Shown here one piece after another: positions 1 to 9,820 of a stretch of DNA of 64,000 bases (its first letter is position 1; each line of letters starts with the position of its first letter). Below the pieces are notes generated by a model. It saw only the letters and a list, made by a program, of their open reading frames with translations, had not been told where the DNA came from and did no database searches. The DNA comes from a bacterium (GTDB lineage: Bacteria; Patescibacteriota; Microgenomatia; Curtissbacterales; GWA2-41-24): assembly GCA_021813125.1 (NCBI GenBank), contig JAKALT010000001.1:64023-128022 (forward strand). The letters are read 5' to 3'. The position numbers and the translations under genes were made by a program.

Positions 1-309
1 TTCCATGGCCAAACAGCCCACACAGATCCGTTAACCAAAGAACAGCTAGCCGCCAAAGACGTAATCATTCAGTTTGAAACCGAAAGAACCGCTGACGATG
101 GCTACCCGGACGGACATCAACTTTATGGCACAACAGGAACTGGCAACGCGCTTATCTTCCAGGACGGCACTGTCGTAAAAGGGAAGTGGGTCAAAACCTC
201 AAGGACTTCAAGAACCAAATATGTTGATGCTCAGGGCAAAGAAGTACAGTTAAATAGAGGCTTAATCTGGATACAAACTATTCAGGTAGGCAACAGTGTC
301 ACGTACTAA
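1..309 (+). CDS. 3' end of a CDS that starts outside the window (hypothetical protein C-terminal fragment)
   Basis: Open frame from window edge to TAA at 307-309; no family recognised. Confidence 0.4.
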   Translation, partial: FHGQTAHTDPLTKEQLAAKDVIIQFETERTADDGYPDGHQLYGTTGTGNALIFQDGTVVKGKWVKTSRTSRTKYVDAQGKEVQLNRGLIWIQTIQVGNSVTY

Positions 310-361
310 TTCTGCCTGCAAAATCTGCCCGTAAAAAGCAACGCCTGCCGAAAATAAAATT

Positions 362-940
362 ATGTTAGTTGATATTTTAATTTCAAAAGTTAGGGTCAAA
401 ATCTTTGAGCTCTTTTTGGGCAACCCGGGTCAGAGCTATCACGTGCGCGAAATAGTCAGAAGGGTAGACGAAGAAATTAACGCCGTCCGTCGCGAGTTGG
501 CCCGCTTGGAAAAAACAGGCTTTTTATCAAGTGAATGGAGAGCAAACAGAAGATATTACACTGTCAAGCGTGACTACGTCTTTTTCGGTGAATTCTTGTC
601 TATGGTCAACAAAAGCGTCGGTTTGGGCGGGGCCATCATCAAAAACAAGGCCAAACTGGGAAAAATTAGCTATGCAATGCTTTCCGGATCTTTTGTCCGG
701 GGTAAGCCCTATGCCCAAAATGAAGTAGACCTTTTCGTGGTCGGCACGATAGTTCTTCCCGAACTTTCCCAAATCATTAAAGACGAGGAAGCCAGAAGAA
801 ACCGCGAAATTAACTTTACACCAATGACCGACGAAGAATTTAACTTCCGTAAGTCGCGCCGTGACCCTTTTGTGCTGAGCATCCTTTCCAAGCCGCGTGT
901 TATGCTAATTGGCGACGAAGAAGAGATGGTTAAACTCTAG
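362..940 (+). CDS. Winged-helix DNA-binding domain fused to a minimal nucleotidyltransferase (MNT-like) domain protein
   Basis: N-terminal wHTH-like segment; C-terminal 'LSGSFVRGKPYAQNEVDLFVV' fits the hG[GS]x9-13Dh[DE]h minimal NTase motif. Confidence 0.5.
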   Translation: MLVDILISKVRVKIFELFLGNPGQSYHVREIVRRVDEEINAVRRELARLEKTGFLSSEWRANRRYYTVKRDYVFFGEFLSMVNKSVGLGGAIIKNKAKLGKISYAMLSGSFVRGKPYAQNEVDLFVVGTIVLPELSQIIKDEEARRNREINFTPMTDEEFNFRKSRRDPFVLSILSKPRVMLIGDEEEMVKL

Positions 941-943
941 ACC

Positions 944-2260
944 TTGCCCATGTCCAAAAAACCAAGATTACTGCTTGCCGTAATTATTCTTCTGACCATT
1001 GGCGCTCTTTATCTCGATATTCCCCAAATTACTCTCTTTGGCAAATCAATAATCCACCCCAAAATTAAAATAGGTCAATACATCAATAACCTTGAGCCAA
1101 AACTTGGCCTCGATCTGGCGGGTGGTGTTCAGCTCACTCTCTCTGCCGACATGACTAGTATCGCTCCTGCAGATCAGGCAAATGCCATCGAATCTGTCAA
1201 AAACATTGTCGAAAACCGGATTAACTCTTTAGGTGTAGCCGAACCGGTTGTGCAAACCGCGAAAACCCCCAGCCAGTACCGGCTGATTGTAGAAATTCCC
1301 GGCATCTCTGATGTTGATCAGGCAGTGGCAACCGTCAAAAAAGCCGCTCATCTGGAATTCATGCTTCTTAAACCCCAAATTCCTTTGGAATCATCGGAAG
1401 CGGCAAATCTGGCAAATTACGTTTCATCGGGCCTGACCGGAAGCGACCTTAAACGGGCTACTCCCCAGGCAAGTCGGGACCCCAACACCCCGGGCTATGT
1501 TGTAAGCCTTGAATTTAACGCCGAAGGCACCAAAAAACTGGCCAAAATCACTCAAGCCAATTTACAAAAACCAATGGCTATGTTTTTAGACGGTCAGCCA
1601 ATTTCCTGGCCGCCTCCCATAATCCAGGCGGTGATAATAGACGGCAATGCACAGATTTCCGGCAACTTCGATGCAAAAAGCGCCAAGGAGCTTTCTATCC
1701 AGCTTAACGCCGGTGCCCTGCCGGTACCTTTAAAAATCGAAAGCCAAAGCCGAGTTGGCCCGACAATCGGCGCAACAGCAATTGAAAAAAGCATCATAGC
1801 AACCATAATCGGCCTTGCTTCCGTTGCTATTTTCATGATCATCTACTACCGTTTCCTGGGATTTTTTGCAGTTATTGCCCTGGCAATTTACACTATTTTG
1901 GTTTTTGCGATCTTTAAAATTTTCCAGGTAACCTTAACCCTTGCCGGTATTGCCGGTTTTGTCCTTTCAATCGGTATGGCAGTAGATGCCAACATTTTAA
2001 TCTTTGAGCGCATCAAGGAAGAAAGGCGCTGGGGCAAACCGAAACTCGACGCGTTCTTTGCCGGTTTTGACAGGGCTTGGACATCAATTCGTGATTCCAA
2101 TGTTTCCTCACTTATAACTACTGCTATTCTTTTTAACTTTGGAACTGGCTCGATCCGCGGTTTTGCGCTAACTTTAGCTCTTGGTATTTTAATATCTATG
2201 TTTTCGGCAATCACAGTTTCCAGAACGCTTTTAAGGTTTTTCTGGGTAGGGAAGGTCTAA
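944..2260 (+). CDS. secD: Protein translocase subunit SecD
   Basis: 'LGLDLAGGVQLTL' SecD signature; C-terminal 6-TM SecD/SecF domain; immediately followed by secF. Confidence 0.9.
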   Translation: MPMSKKPRLLLAVIILLTIGALYLDIPQITLFGKSIIHPKIKIGQYINNLEPKLGLDLAGGVQLTLSADMTSIAPADQANAIESVKNIVENRINSLGVAEPVVQTAKTPSQYRLIVEIPGISDVDQAVATVKKAAHLEFMLLKPQIPLESSEAANLANYVSSGLTGSDLKRATPQASRDPNTPGYVVSLEFNAEGTKKLAKITQANLQKPMAMFLDGQPISWPPPIIQAVIIDGNAQISGNFDAKSAKELSIQLNAGALPVPLKIESQSRVGPTIGATAIEKSIIATIIGLASVAIFMIIYYRFLGFFAVIALAIYTILVFAIFKIFQVTLTLAGIAGFVLSIGMAVDANILIFERIKEERRWGKPKLDAFFAGFDRAWTSIRDSNVSSLITTAILFNFGTGSIRGFALTLALGILISMFSAITVSRTLLRFFWVGKV

Positions 2261-2261
2261 G

Positions 2262-3182
2262 ATGAATTTAATCAAATACCGAAATTGGTTTTTTGCTTTG
2301 TCGCTGGCAGTTATTATTCCGGGCGCTTTTGCGCTTTTCGCCTGGCATCTTAAAGTCGGCATCGACTTTTCCGGTGGAACGCTTTGGGAAGTAAAAATCG
2401 TTAACCCCAAGGTTTCCAAAGAGCAGCTGACACCTCAAAATTTCCAAGCGTATCTTAACTCCAAGGGCGCCGATGTTTCTCAAACTGCCCCAACAGCCGA
2501 GGACACTTTTTTGGTCAGAATGCGAATAACGGACGAAAAGCAAATTACAGATGTTAAAAAAAGTGTTGAGGACCAATACGGAAAAACCGAAAGCCTAAGA
2601 CAGGAGACAGTCGGCCCGACTATCTCCAAAGAACTAACCCAAAAAGCTGTTTTTGCGGTTGCCATTGCCATTATTGCCATTGTTCTTTATATAACCTGGT
2701 CTTTTAGAAAAGTCCCTAAGCCGGCATCATCTGTAGCTTTTGGCTTTTGTACCATCTTTGCCCTTGTCCATGATGTCATTGTCGTTGTGGGTATCTTTGC
2801 GATCCTTGGCCATTATTTCGATATAGAAGTCGACTCGCTTTTTATAACAGCCGTTCTAACAGTTATCGGTTTTTCCGTCCACGATACAATCGTCGTTTTC
2901 GACAGAATCCGAGAAAATCTTATTAAGCATCCCGGACATCCATTTGAAGAAGTTGTCAACCATTCGCTGCTTCAGACAATGGGAAGGTCGCTAAATACAT
3001 CACTAACAGCAGTTTTTGTGCTTCTGGCACTATTTCTTTTTGGTGGCGAATCGATAAAAAACTTTGTCTTGGCGCTTCTTATTGGCATAATTTCCGGTAC
3101 TTACTCCAGTATTTTCAACGCCTCGCCGCTTCTTGTTGTCTGGCAAAAATTTTCCCAAAGCCGCGCCAAAAGATCAGCCTGA
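2262..3182 (+). CDS. secF: Protein translocase subunit SecF
   Basis: 'GIDFSGGTLWEV' SecF signature; membrane domain; 1-nt spacing from secD. Confidence 0.9.
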   Translation: MNLIKYRNWFFALSLAVIIPGAFALFAWHLKVGIDFSGGTLWEVKIVNPKVSKEQLTPQNFQAYLNSKGADVSQTAPTAEDTFLVRMRITDEKQITDVKKSVEDQYGKTESLRQETVGPTISKELTQKAVFAVAIAIIAIVLYITWSFRKVPKPASSVAFGFCTIFALVHDVIVVVGIFAILGHYFDIEVDSLFITAVLTVIGFSVHDTIVVFDRIRENLIKHPGHPFEEVVNHSLLQTMGRSLNTSLTAVFVLLALFLFGGESIKNFVLALLIGIISGTYSSIFNASPLLVVWQKFSQSRAKRSA

Positions 3183-3193
3183 ATTAACTCTTT

Positions 3194-4057
3194 CTATTTT
3201 TGGGTAAAATAGTTATAAAGTAGCAAACCGATCTTCGACATCGTTGTATTTGCAGCGTTGTCCGAAGTAAAAATGTGGTTCTTTTCACCTTGCCCTTCCA
3301 TATAAATTGCCATAACAATCGTCCTTCTTCTTTTGGGATAAATTAGCGCCACATCGCTCGAATAGGTAAGGAAGTTATCCCTTTCGTAAACAATCGTTCC
3401 TGTTTTATTGCCTATTTTTATAATTTTCTGGCGCTTTACGCCTAAATTTGCCCATGTCGGCAATAGGCGCGGAATTTTGCCGTTATATTCCTGTTCACAG
3501 AGAATTTTTATGATTTTCTTCGTCATTTTTTCATCAAAAAGTTTAAAATTTTCAAGATCTATAAATGTCTTTGCCATATCGAATGCCGTTGTATTTGCCA
3601 TTTTTGTTTTTGCTCTTTTAAAGTTTGCCGGAAAATCGACTTTTTCGGTCAAAAGCCTTGTATTTGCAAGACCGATGCTTTTTATACATTTATTAATGTA
3701 GTCTTTTCCTAAATAATCAATGAGAACATTTGTTGCACTGTTATCGGAAACTATAATCATAAGAAGCGCAATATTATAAAGCGTGATTGGTTTGGAAAGA
3801 TCAAAATATTGCAAAATTCCGCTACCTTTGCCAATTTGTTTGGAAGCAATCTTTAATGGAGTATGAAGGCTGATTTTTTCATCTCCGATTTTTTTGAAAA
3901 GAGCAAGAAGGATTTGTAATTTTATTGTACTTGCCGATTCGAAAATACGATCAGAATTTAAGGTGAACTTTTTTCCGGTTTCCATGTCCTGGGCATAAAT
4001 TCCCCAAACCCTATTTTTTGCAGAAGTTAATTTATAAATTTTTTTATCTATATCCAC
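3194..4057 (-). CDS. Class A beta-lactamase-like serine hydrolase (no signal peptide)
   Basis: S-T-I-K (SxxK), 'SDN' and 'KTG' motifs in canonical order. Confidence 0.65.
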   Translation of the reverse strand: MDIDKKIYKLTSAKNRVWGIYAQDMETGKKFTLNSDRIFESASTIKLQILLALFKKIGDEKISLHTPLKIASKQIGKGSGILQYFDLSKPITLYNIALLMIIVSDNSATNVLIDYLGKDYINKCIKSIGLANTRLLTEKVDFPANFKRAKTKMANTTAFDMAKTFIDLENFKLFDEKMTKKIIKILCEQEYNGKIPRLLPTWANLGVKRQKIIKIGNKTGTIVYERDNFLTYSSDVALIYPKRRRTIVMAIYMEGQGEKNHIFTSDNAANTTMSKIGLLLYNYFTQK

Positions 4058-4126
4058 GAAATAATTATAGAAAATTATATTTTATATACAAGCTAAAAAT
4101 ACATTCGGGCCATTTTTTCTTCCAAT

Positions 4127-4155
4127 TTGACACTTCTAGCCTCAAATTCTAAAAT
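4127..4155 (+). promoter_or_regulatory. Sigma70-like promoter (TTGACA-N17-TAAAAT) upstream of the 4165 gene pair
   Basis: Exact -35 hexamer, 17-nt spacer and near-consensus -10, located 9 nt before the ATG. Confidence 0.45.
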
Positions 4156-4164
4156 TTACACCAT

Positions 4165-4467
4165 ATGGGCGAGCGGCATCAGGACCAAATGCTCGACGAG
4201 CTGCAAAATCAGGAGATTATTGCCCGAAACGATCGCCGCAGCTGGTTTGCCACAACCGCACTGTGTGCAGCGGGAACCTTTTCATCTATCCCCATTGCCT
4301 TGAATTCCGATGCCTCACCATGGCTAGTAGCCATATTTGCAACCGCTTGCGTTCTTGGTGCCAAATTTGGATCCGACCAAACCGCAAACACTAATGACCA
4401 GCTTCAAGAAATCAGAAGACAAATATATGAACATCAGTTCTTACTACGTTTAAATCAGCCAAGATAA
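4165..4467 (+). CDS. Hypothetical small membrane protein
   Basis: ORF with hydrophobic segments; stop/start junction TAAATG with the next gene. Confidence 0.35.
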   Translation: MGERHQDQMLDELQNQEIIARNDRRSWFATTALCAAGTFSSIPIALNSDASPWLVAIFATACVLGAKFGSDQTANTNDQLQEIRRQIYEHQFLLRLNQPR

Positions 4468-5367
4468 ATGTCAGAACACGAACCCCGCACCAAAATCGTT
4501 TACGATAATGCTCCGTCAACTAGGCCCCTACGGGAATTAATTCCTCACGGTCTATCTGTTCGTGTAGGAGATATGGTTTTCGGCAAAGATCTAACTCCCC
4601 AAGGTCATGTAGAGTTAAGAAGAACTCTTAGAAAAATGCTAAGAGCAGAACACGTAACACCTGGAGACGATATGTATCCAGCATATAAGGACGCAATAAA
4701 ATTTATAGTGGAAGGGCAAGAAAATATCCCCAAATCGGGTGCGACCTTATTTATAGGTAACCATGAAAAGAGCCCGCTTTTGGCAGGTATGGTTCATTTT
4801 ATCGAAGCGGCAAGAGTTACAAACGACATGCGAACAGAGGCGCCAGACGATGTAATGCGTGAAACTAGAATAATTATGCAAAGGGGGTTAAGTCGTCCGA
4901 TCAGGGTTTTTGGGAGGAAAGTAGGTGTTGTGACTATTCCTTTTTCTGAGCAGTTTTACCAACTGGCGACAGACGCTGCTAATTGGATTACGGTCGATCC
5001 GCCAAAGTATGATAAAAACGGCCAAATAATAAACAGGCAAGGGTTACCCAAGGGTTTGATGGAAGAATTTTATAAAGGTCAGGCAATATTTTGGTTTCCC
5101 CAGGGCAAACATGATAAACCCGGTAATCTCAAAATGCCCAACAAAGCCAATGATTTCGTTACAAAATCAAAAGATCATGACATTAACATAAATGGTTTAG
5201 TCTTTGAACAAGCAGATGACGGATTCCATATCACTTTCACACAAAGCGTCCATATCCAGGATTTTCCAAGAAATGAAGTCGGTGAGTTGGATGTAAATCT
5301 TTTTGCCCAACGTTTTATGGCTCCATGTCTAAGCGCAAACCGGCCGTTTGTTATATCTGCAAGATAA
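4468..5367 (+). CDS. Hypothetical protein (translationally coupled to upstream small ORF)
   Basis: 299-aa ORF with no recognisable motifs. Confidence 0.45.
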   Translation: MSEHEPRTKIVYDNAPSTRPLRELIPHGLSVRVGDMVFGKDLTPQGHVELRRTLRKMLRAEHVTPGDDMYPAYKDAIKFIVEGQENIPKSGATLFIGNHEKSPLLAGMVHFIEAARVTNDMRTEAPDDVMRETRIIMQRGLSRPIRVFGRKVGVVTIPFSEQFYQLATDAANWITVDPPKYDKNGQIINRQGLPKGLMEEFYKGQAIFWFPQGKHDKPGNLKMPNKANDFVTKSKDHDININGLVFEQADDGFHITFTQSVHIQDFPRNEVGELDVNLFAQRFMAPCLSANRPFVISAR

Positions 5368-5394
5368 GCTTTTCTGCTCTGGTATCATTATGTT

Positions 5395-5796
5395 ATGGAA
5401 AATAGTTACATGTGGTATCAGACACTTATCAAGCCTTCATGGGCTCCGCCTGCCTGGCTCTTTGGGCCGGCTTGGACAATTCTTTATTTTTTGATTGCTA
5501 TTTCTTTTGGAGCTGTATTTGTGAAGATCTACAGAAAAAAACTTAAGCCAAAATTTGCCCTGCCTTTTGTTTTAAATCTTATTTTTAATTTCGCCTTCAC
5601 CCCAATTCAATTCGGCCTCAAAAACAACATTTTGGCAGCAGTCGATGTTATTTTGGTTCTGGTAACTTTAATCTGGGCAACCCTGTTAATCTATCCCAAA
5701 GTTAAATGGATAGCATATATGCAAACCCCTTACCTTCTCTGGGTATCTTTTGCCACTGTTCTTCAGCTGACAATAACCTACTTAAACGTGTTATAA
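5395..5796 (+). CDS. tspO: TspO/MBR family tryptophan-rich sensory protein
   Basis: 'WYQTLIKPSWAPPAWLFGPAWTILY' TspO signature; 5-TM, about 133 aa. Confidence 0.75.
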   Translation: MENSYMWYQTLIKPSWAPPAWLFGPAWTILYFLIAISFGAVFVKIYRKKLKPKFALPFVLNLIFNFAFTPIQFGLKNNILAAVDVILVLVTLIWATLLIYPKVKWIAYMQTPYLLWVSFATVLQLTITYLNVL

Positions 5797-5825
5797 TTTA
5801 GTTTCGAAAAAGGAGGCTACTGCAT

Positions 5826-6488
5826 ATGAAATCTAGGATATTTTCCGGGTTTTATAAAATACTTTCGCTTTTTTCCCGTTTCCCAAAAAAGAACAAAGAG
5901 CGCTTTGTCTATGTGGCAATAGGTGATTCGTCCGTTGAAGGGGTCGGAGCTAGTCATCACACCAAATCATATCCTTCACTCATTTTTGAAAAAATAAAAT
6001 TAACTTACCCTAAAGGTGAATATCACAATCTGGGCAAAAGCGGCGACAGGATAGAGCATGTCGTTAAAAAACAGCTGCCGCAAGTTTTGGAGCTTAAACC
6101 AAACCTGGTAACAGTCAGCATCGGCGTGAACGACATCCGGGGCCGCGTAAAACTTTCCGATTTTGAAAAAGACCTTATGTATCTTGTAAGCACACTTCAA
6201 AACAAAACGGATGCCAAAATTATAATCAATAACATTCCCGATTTCTCCGCATTACCCACGTTGCCGATTTACATCCGGATCGCATCAAAGATTCTCATTC
6301 ACCGTTTCAACAGGTCAATTGAAAAAATATCCGACAACCTCAACATTACTTTGGTTGATATCTTTAAAGTTAGTAGGTATTTCTGCAAACAATGGAAAAA
6401 ATTCATTTCAAATGACGGTTTACACCCGTCCGATGCCGGCTACGCCCTCTGGGCGGAAACAATAATAGCTAACCTGACGTTCTTGTAA
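5826..6488 (+). CDS. SGNH/GDSL-family hydrolase
   Basis: 'AIGDSS' GDS(L) block I and C-terminal 'DGLHP' (DxxH) catalytic block; strong AAGGAGG RBS. Confidence 0.75.
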   Translation: MKSRIFSGFYKILSLFSRFPKKNKERFVYVAIGDSSVEGVGASHHTKSYPSLIFEKIKLTYPKGEYHNLGKSGDRIEHVVKKQLPQVLELKPNLVTVSIGVNDIRGRVKLSDFEKDLMYLVSTLQNKTDAKIIINNIPDFSALPTLPIYIRIASKILIHRFNRSIEKISDNLNITLVDIFKVSRYFCKQWKKFISNDGLHPSDAGYALWAETIIANLTFL

Positions 6489-7896
6489 GGAGTTGGGAAA
6501 GCCTTTTTGTTAAATAGTCTCTGGTATTTTTTGCCTTATCGTCCGCCACTTCTTCGAAAAGTTTTGAAAGGATCTCGCCGACTTTTGGTCCGGGTTTAAG
6601 ATCAAGAATTTTCATCACATCATTTCCATCAATAGCAAGATCGGCAACTGTGAACGGTTTTTTCAAAACTTCTTTGAGACGGGACCTAAAAAGTTTTAGT
6701 CTCCAAGACTCGGGCTGTTGAAGTCCGCCACCCAAACGATCGCCAATTCTAAGATCCATCATATCCTCAACATTTTCTAAACCGATATTTTTGATAAAAC
6801 GCCTAAGTGCCCTATCCGTTTGGTTTTCATTTACCGAAAACTGGTGCCAGCGCACCAAGCGAAATAGTTTGTCGCGCTCATCCCTCGAAAGGTGAAAACG
6901 CTCGGCAATTGCTACCGCCTGCCTTGCCCCAACTACCTCATGATTATGGAATGTCCGTACCCCTTCTTCTGTGACTTTGGCAACTTTCGCTTTGCCGATA
7001 TCATGAAGCATTGTGGCAAAGCGGGTAATTGTGTCTTTGGATGGGCAAGCATCAAGTGACATCACACAATGTGTTCCGACATCGTAAATATGGTGGCGTT
7101 TAGGGCTTTTCTGCTCGACGGCAAAACAAACCTCAAGTTCCGGTAAGATTACGGTTAATACGCTTAATTTTTTAGCCAAAAATATTCCGGAAGATGGAGT
7201 CGGGGAATCCACAATTTTAAAAACTTCATCGCGGATCCGCTCTCCGGAAATTTTGGAAATTAAACTCGCATTATCCTCAATTGCTTTGGCTGTCGCAGGG
7301 TCAATATCAAACCCCAGAGTTGTCGCAAACCTTATTGCCCGGAGCATCCTTAGTGCGTCCTCCCCAAACCGCTCGTTGGCATCACCAACAGTTTTTATAA
7401 GTTTATTTTTCAGGTCATCCTGTCCACCAAAAGGGTCAACCAAGTCCCAGTTACCAAGCTCAAGGCCAGGCCTTTGTCCAGAACCTTCTTCGTTAAGGCC
7501 TGGCCTTTCCCCACGTCTCAACGCCATGGCATTTATCGTAAAATCGCGGCGGGCTAAATCTTCCTGTAGCGTTTTTCCCCATTTGACTGTGTCCGGATGA
7601 CGAGTATCCGAGTAACCCTCCTCGGACCGATAAGTTGTGATCTCAACTATGTTCTCATCTTTGGTCTCTGGCTCCTGGCCACTGGAAACTGGCACCCCTA
7701 CTGTTCCAAACCTGTTATTATAAAATCCGTCAGGAAAAATCTTTAAAATTTCTTCCGGTTCTGCATTTGTTGTTAAATCCCAATCACCGACTTTGTTGCC
7801 CGACAAAATATCTCTTACCGCACCGCCGACAACTGCAGCTTCAAAACCCGCTTTTTCTAATTTTTCTAAAATATCAATAATCTTTTTGTCGACCAT
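6469..7896 (-). CDS. cca: CCA-adding tRNA nucleotidyltransferase with HD domain, carrying an in-frame repeat insertion
   Basis: 'GGAVRD...GDWDLTT' PolyA_pol head; 'RRDFTINAMA', 'DPFGG', 'ERFGEDALRMLRAIRF', 'HDIGK' HD motif; about 20 extra residues between NAMA and DPFGG. Confidence 0.85.
   Translation of the reverse strand: MVDKKIIDILEKLEKAGFEAAVVGGAVRDILSGNKVGDWDLTTNAEPEEILKIFPDGFYNNRFGTVGVPVSSGQEPETKDENIVEITTYRSEEGYSDTRHPDTVKWGKTLQEDLARRDFTINAMALRRGERPGLNEEGSGQRPGLELGNWDLVDPFGGQDDLKNKLIKTVGDANERFGEDALRMLRAIRFATTLGFDIDPATAKAIEDNASLISKISGERIRDEVFKIVDSPTPSSGIFLAKKLSVLTVILPELEVCFAVEQKSPKRHHIYDVGTHCVMSLDACPSKDTITRFATMLHDIGKAKVAKVTEEGVRTFHNHEVVGARQAVAIAERFHLSRDERDKLFRLVRWHQFSVNENQTDRALRRFIKNIGLENVEDMMDLRIGDRLGGGLQQPESWRLKLFRSRLKEVLKKPFTVADLAIDGNDVMKILDLKPGPKVGEILSKLFEEVADDKAKNTRDYLTKRLSQLLTRTSG
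7462..7509. repeat. Palindromic hairpin repeat copy (AAGGCCAGGCCTT-N19-AAGGCCTGGCCTT) embedded in-frame in cca
   Basis: Perfect 13-bp inverted repeat; encodes 'GERPGLNEEGSGQRPGLELG' in the cca reading frame. Confidence 0.7.
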
Positions 7897-7946
7897 ATAC
7901 CAATTATATTATCAACATACGATCAAAAAGAAATTTTTCTGCTAGA

Positions 7947-9581
7947 ATGGCACTACCAATGGAAAACATTTGGCGCATCAAAAACAAGGTAAGCGCTCCA
8001 AAAGGGGATTGGCTGGCACAAGTTTTAGCATCAAATCGCGGCCTTAATACTCCGACAAAGCTAAAACAGTTTCTGAATCCAACCTTCGATCAAATAACGT
8101 CTGTTAATATCGGCAAGACCGAAAAAGCAATAAGTCGTATCAAAACTGCAATTAAAAATAAGGAAAAAATAATCGTTTATTCCGACTACGATGCCGACGG
8201 CATCTCGGCAACTGCCATTATGTGGGAAACCCTAAACGATCTTGGTGCAAAAGTTATGCCATATGTCCCGCACCGTGTTTTAGAAGGTTACGGCCTTTAC
8301 ACTCCGGCGATTGAGGAATTAGCCAAAAATGGTATCAAACTTATAATCACTGTAGACCACGGGGTAACAGCAGTTGAGCAGGTTAAAGCAGCAAAAAAAC
8401 TGGGAATCGATGTCATAATAACCGACCACCATGTCCTTCCATCAAAAATTCCCGATTCATTTGCACTTGTGCACACCACCGAACTTTGCGGCGCAGGAGT
8501 TGCCTGGCGTTTTTGCTGGGACTTGATTAAAAACATAAAACCCGCTTACCAGGACCAACTTATTGAAAAACTGGAACTTGCAGCTATTGCGACTATTGCC
8601 GACCTAGTACCTCTCGTTGGGGCCAACCGGGCAATTGTCAAAATCGGCTTGGAAAAAATCCAAAAAACTACACGCTATGGCATCAAAAGTTTGATTTCTG
8701 CATCCGGCATAAACGGCAAAATAGGAACATACGAAATTGGCCACGTTTTGGCGCCAAGGATAAACGCCATGGGCCGAATCGAACACGGTCTGGATGCGCT
8801 AAGGCTGATCTGCTCCAGAAATAGAAGCCAGGCAGAGAGGTTAACCAAACTTCTAACCCAAACCAATAGCCGACGTCAGGATTTAACGACAAAAGCAATA
8901 AACCACGCGGCCGGGCTAGTTAACAATAATCATCTGGTAGGAGTTATTGCCCACGAAGACTGGCACGAGGGAGTGATTGGTCTTGTTGCTTCTAGGCTAG
9001 TGGAAATTCACCATCGGCCGATGATCATTATTGCTCGCGGAAAACAAAAATCCAAAGGGTCTGCAAGATCAATAGCCGGCTTTAATATAATCGAAGCAAT
9101 CCGCGCCTCCAGTGAATTTTTACTGGACGCAGGCGGCCACCCTATGGCGGCCGGGTTTTCCATAGAAACCAAATACATTGAGTCGTTTACCAAAAAGATC
9201 AACACATATGCCCAAACTGTAATCACCGAGGAAATTTTGGCTCCGGTAATTGAGGTTGAATGCCAAATGCCCAAAGATCAAATCACAAAGTATAATCTTG
9301 AAATTATCAAAGGTTTTGAACCCTACGGAGTGGCCAATCCTGTCCCTCTTTTCTTGACTAAAAATATGATGGTCGAAGACGTCAGGACAGTTGGCGCCGA
9401 CAACCGCCACTTAAAGCTGCAGGTAGACGGCTTTTCGGCAATTGGCTTTAGTCTTGGAAGCCAAAGAGCCAATATCAGACCAGGATATAAAGTTGATCTC
9501 GTTTACTCACTCGAACCGGATAACTTCAACGGCAAAGGCAGCCTCCAGCTAAAAATCAAAGACCTGGTAATTGTCAGCTAG
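7947..9581 (+). CDS. recJ: Single-stranded-DNA-specific exonuclease RecJ
   Basis: DHH motifs ('YSDYDADGISA', 'ITDHH'), DHHA1 domain, C-terminal OB-like region. Confidence 0.9.
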   Translation: MALPMENIWRIKNKVSAPKGDWLAQVLASNRGLNTPTKLKQFLNPTFDQITSVNIGKTEKAISRIKTAIKNKEKIIVYSDYDADGISATAIMWETLNDLGAKVMPYVPHRVLEGYGLYTPAIEELAKNGIKLIITVDHGVTAVEQVKAAKKLGIDVIITDHHVLPSKIPDSFALVHTTELCGAGVAWRFCWDLIKNIKPAYQDQLIEKLELAAIATIADLVPLVGANRAIVKIGLEKIQKTTRYGIKSLISASGINGKIGTYEIGHVLAPRINAMGRIEHGLDALRLICSRNRSQAERLTKLLTQTNSRRQDLTTKAINHAAGLVNNNHLVGVIAHEDWHEGVIGLVASRLVEIHHRPMIIIARGKQKSKGSARSIAGFNIIEAIRASSEFLLDAGGHPMAAGFSIETKYIESFTKKINTYAQTVITEEILAPVIEVECQMPKDQITKYNLEIIKGFEPYGVANPVPLFLTKNMMVEDVRTVGADNRHLKLQVDGFSAIGFSLGSQRANIRPGYKVDLVYSLEPDNFNGKGSLQLKIKDLVIVS

Positions 9582-9820
9582 TCACCCATGTGCGTTTGAT
9601 TTTGCGTGTGTTCGAACCAATCAATCCTCTCTCTGGGCGTCGGAAACCCGGCATTTCTCGTGGGAACATTTCCGTCGATTTGTGTGGCAGTATCAGCTGA
9701 TGCTGCCCTAGATTCACCAGCCGAACCAGCTTCAGGTCGTTCATGCCTTGAAGCACCAACACCAACCCACGGTCTTCCATCCCGCATTCTTAAATTTTGC
9801 GCTCCATCTATTCGTTCCAT
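9578..9820 (-). CDS. Small Gly/Arg/Ala/Pro-rich hypothetical protein (about 80 aa) with strong RBS
   Basis: AGGAGGTG 8 nt upstream of the ATG at 9820; GC-rich, low-complexity; stop overlaps the recJ stop (CTAG). Confidence 0.3.
   Translation of the reverse strand: MERIDGAQNLRMRDGRPWVGVGASRHERPEAGSAGESRAASADTATQIDGNVPTRNAGFPTPRERIDWFEHTQNQTHMGD

Noticed and set aside
8297-9410. Several 60-96-aa minus-strand ORFs within recJ
   Set aside because: They are antisense to a high-confidence gene and have no RBS. They are typical spurious ORFs.
9600-9625. T-loop-like GGTTCGAAC on the minus strand near 9610, considered as a tmRNA/tRNA-like fragment
   Set aside because: The flanking bases cannot form a T-stem or acceptor stem. 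It is probably chance.
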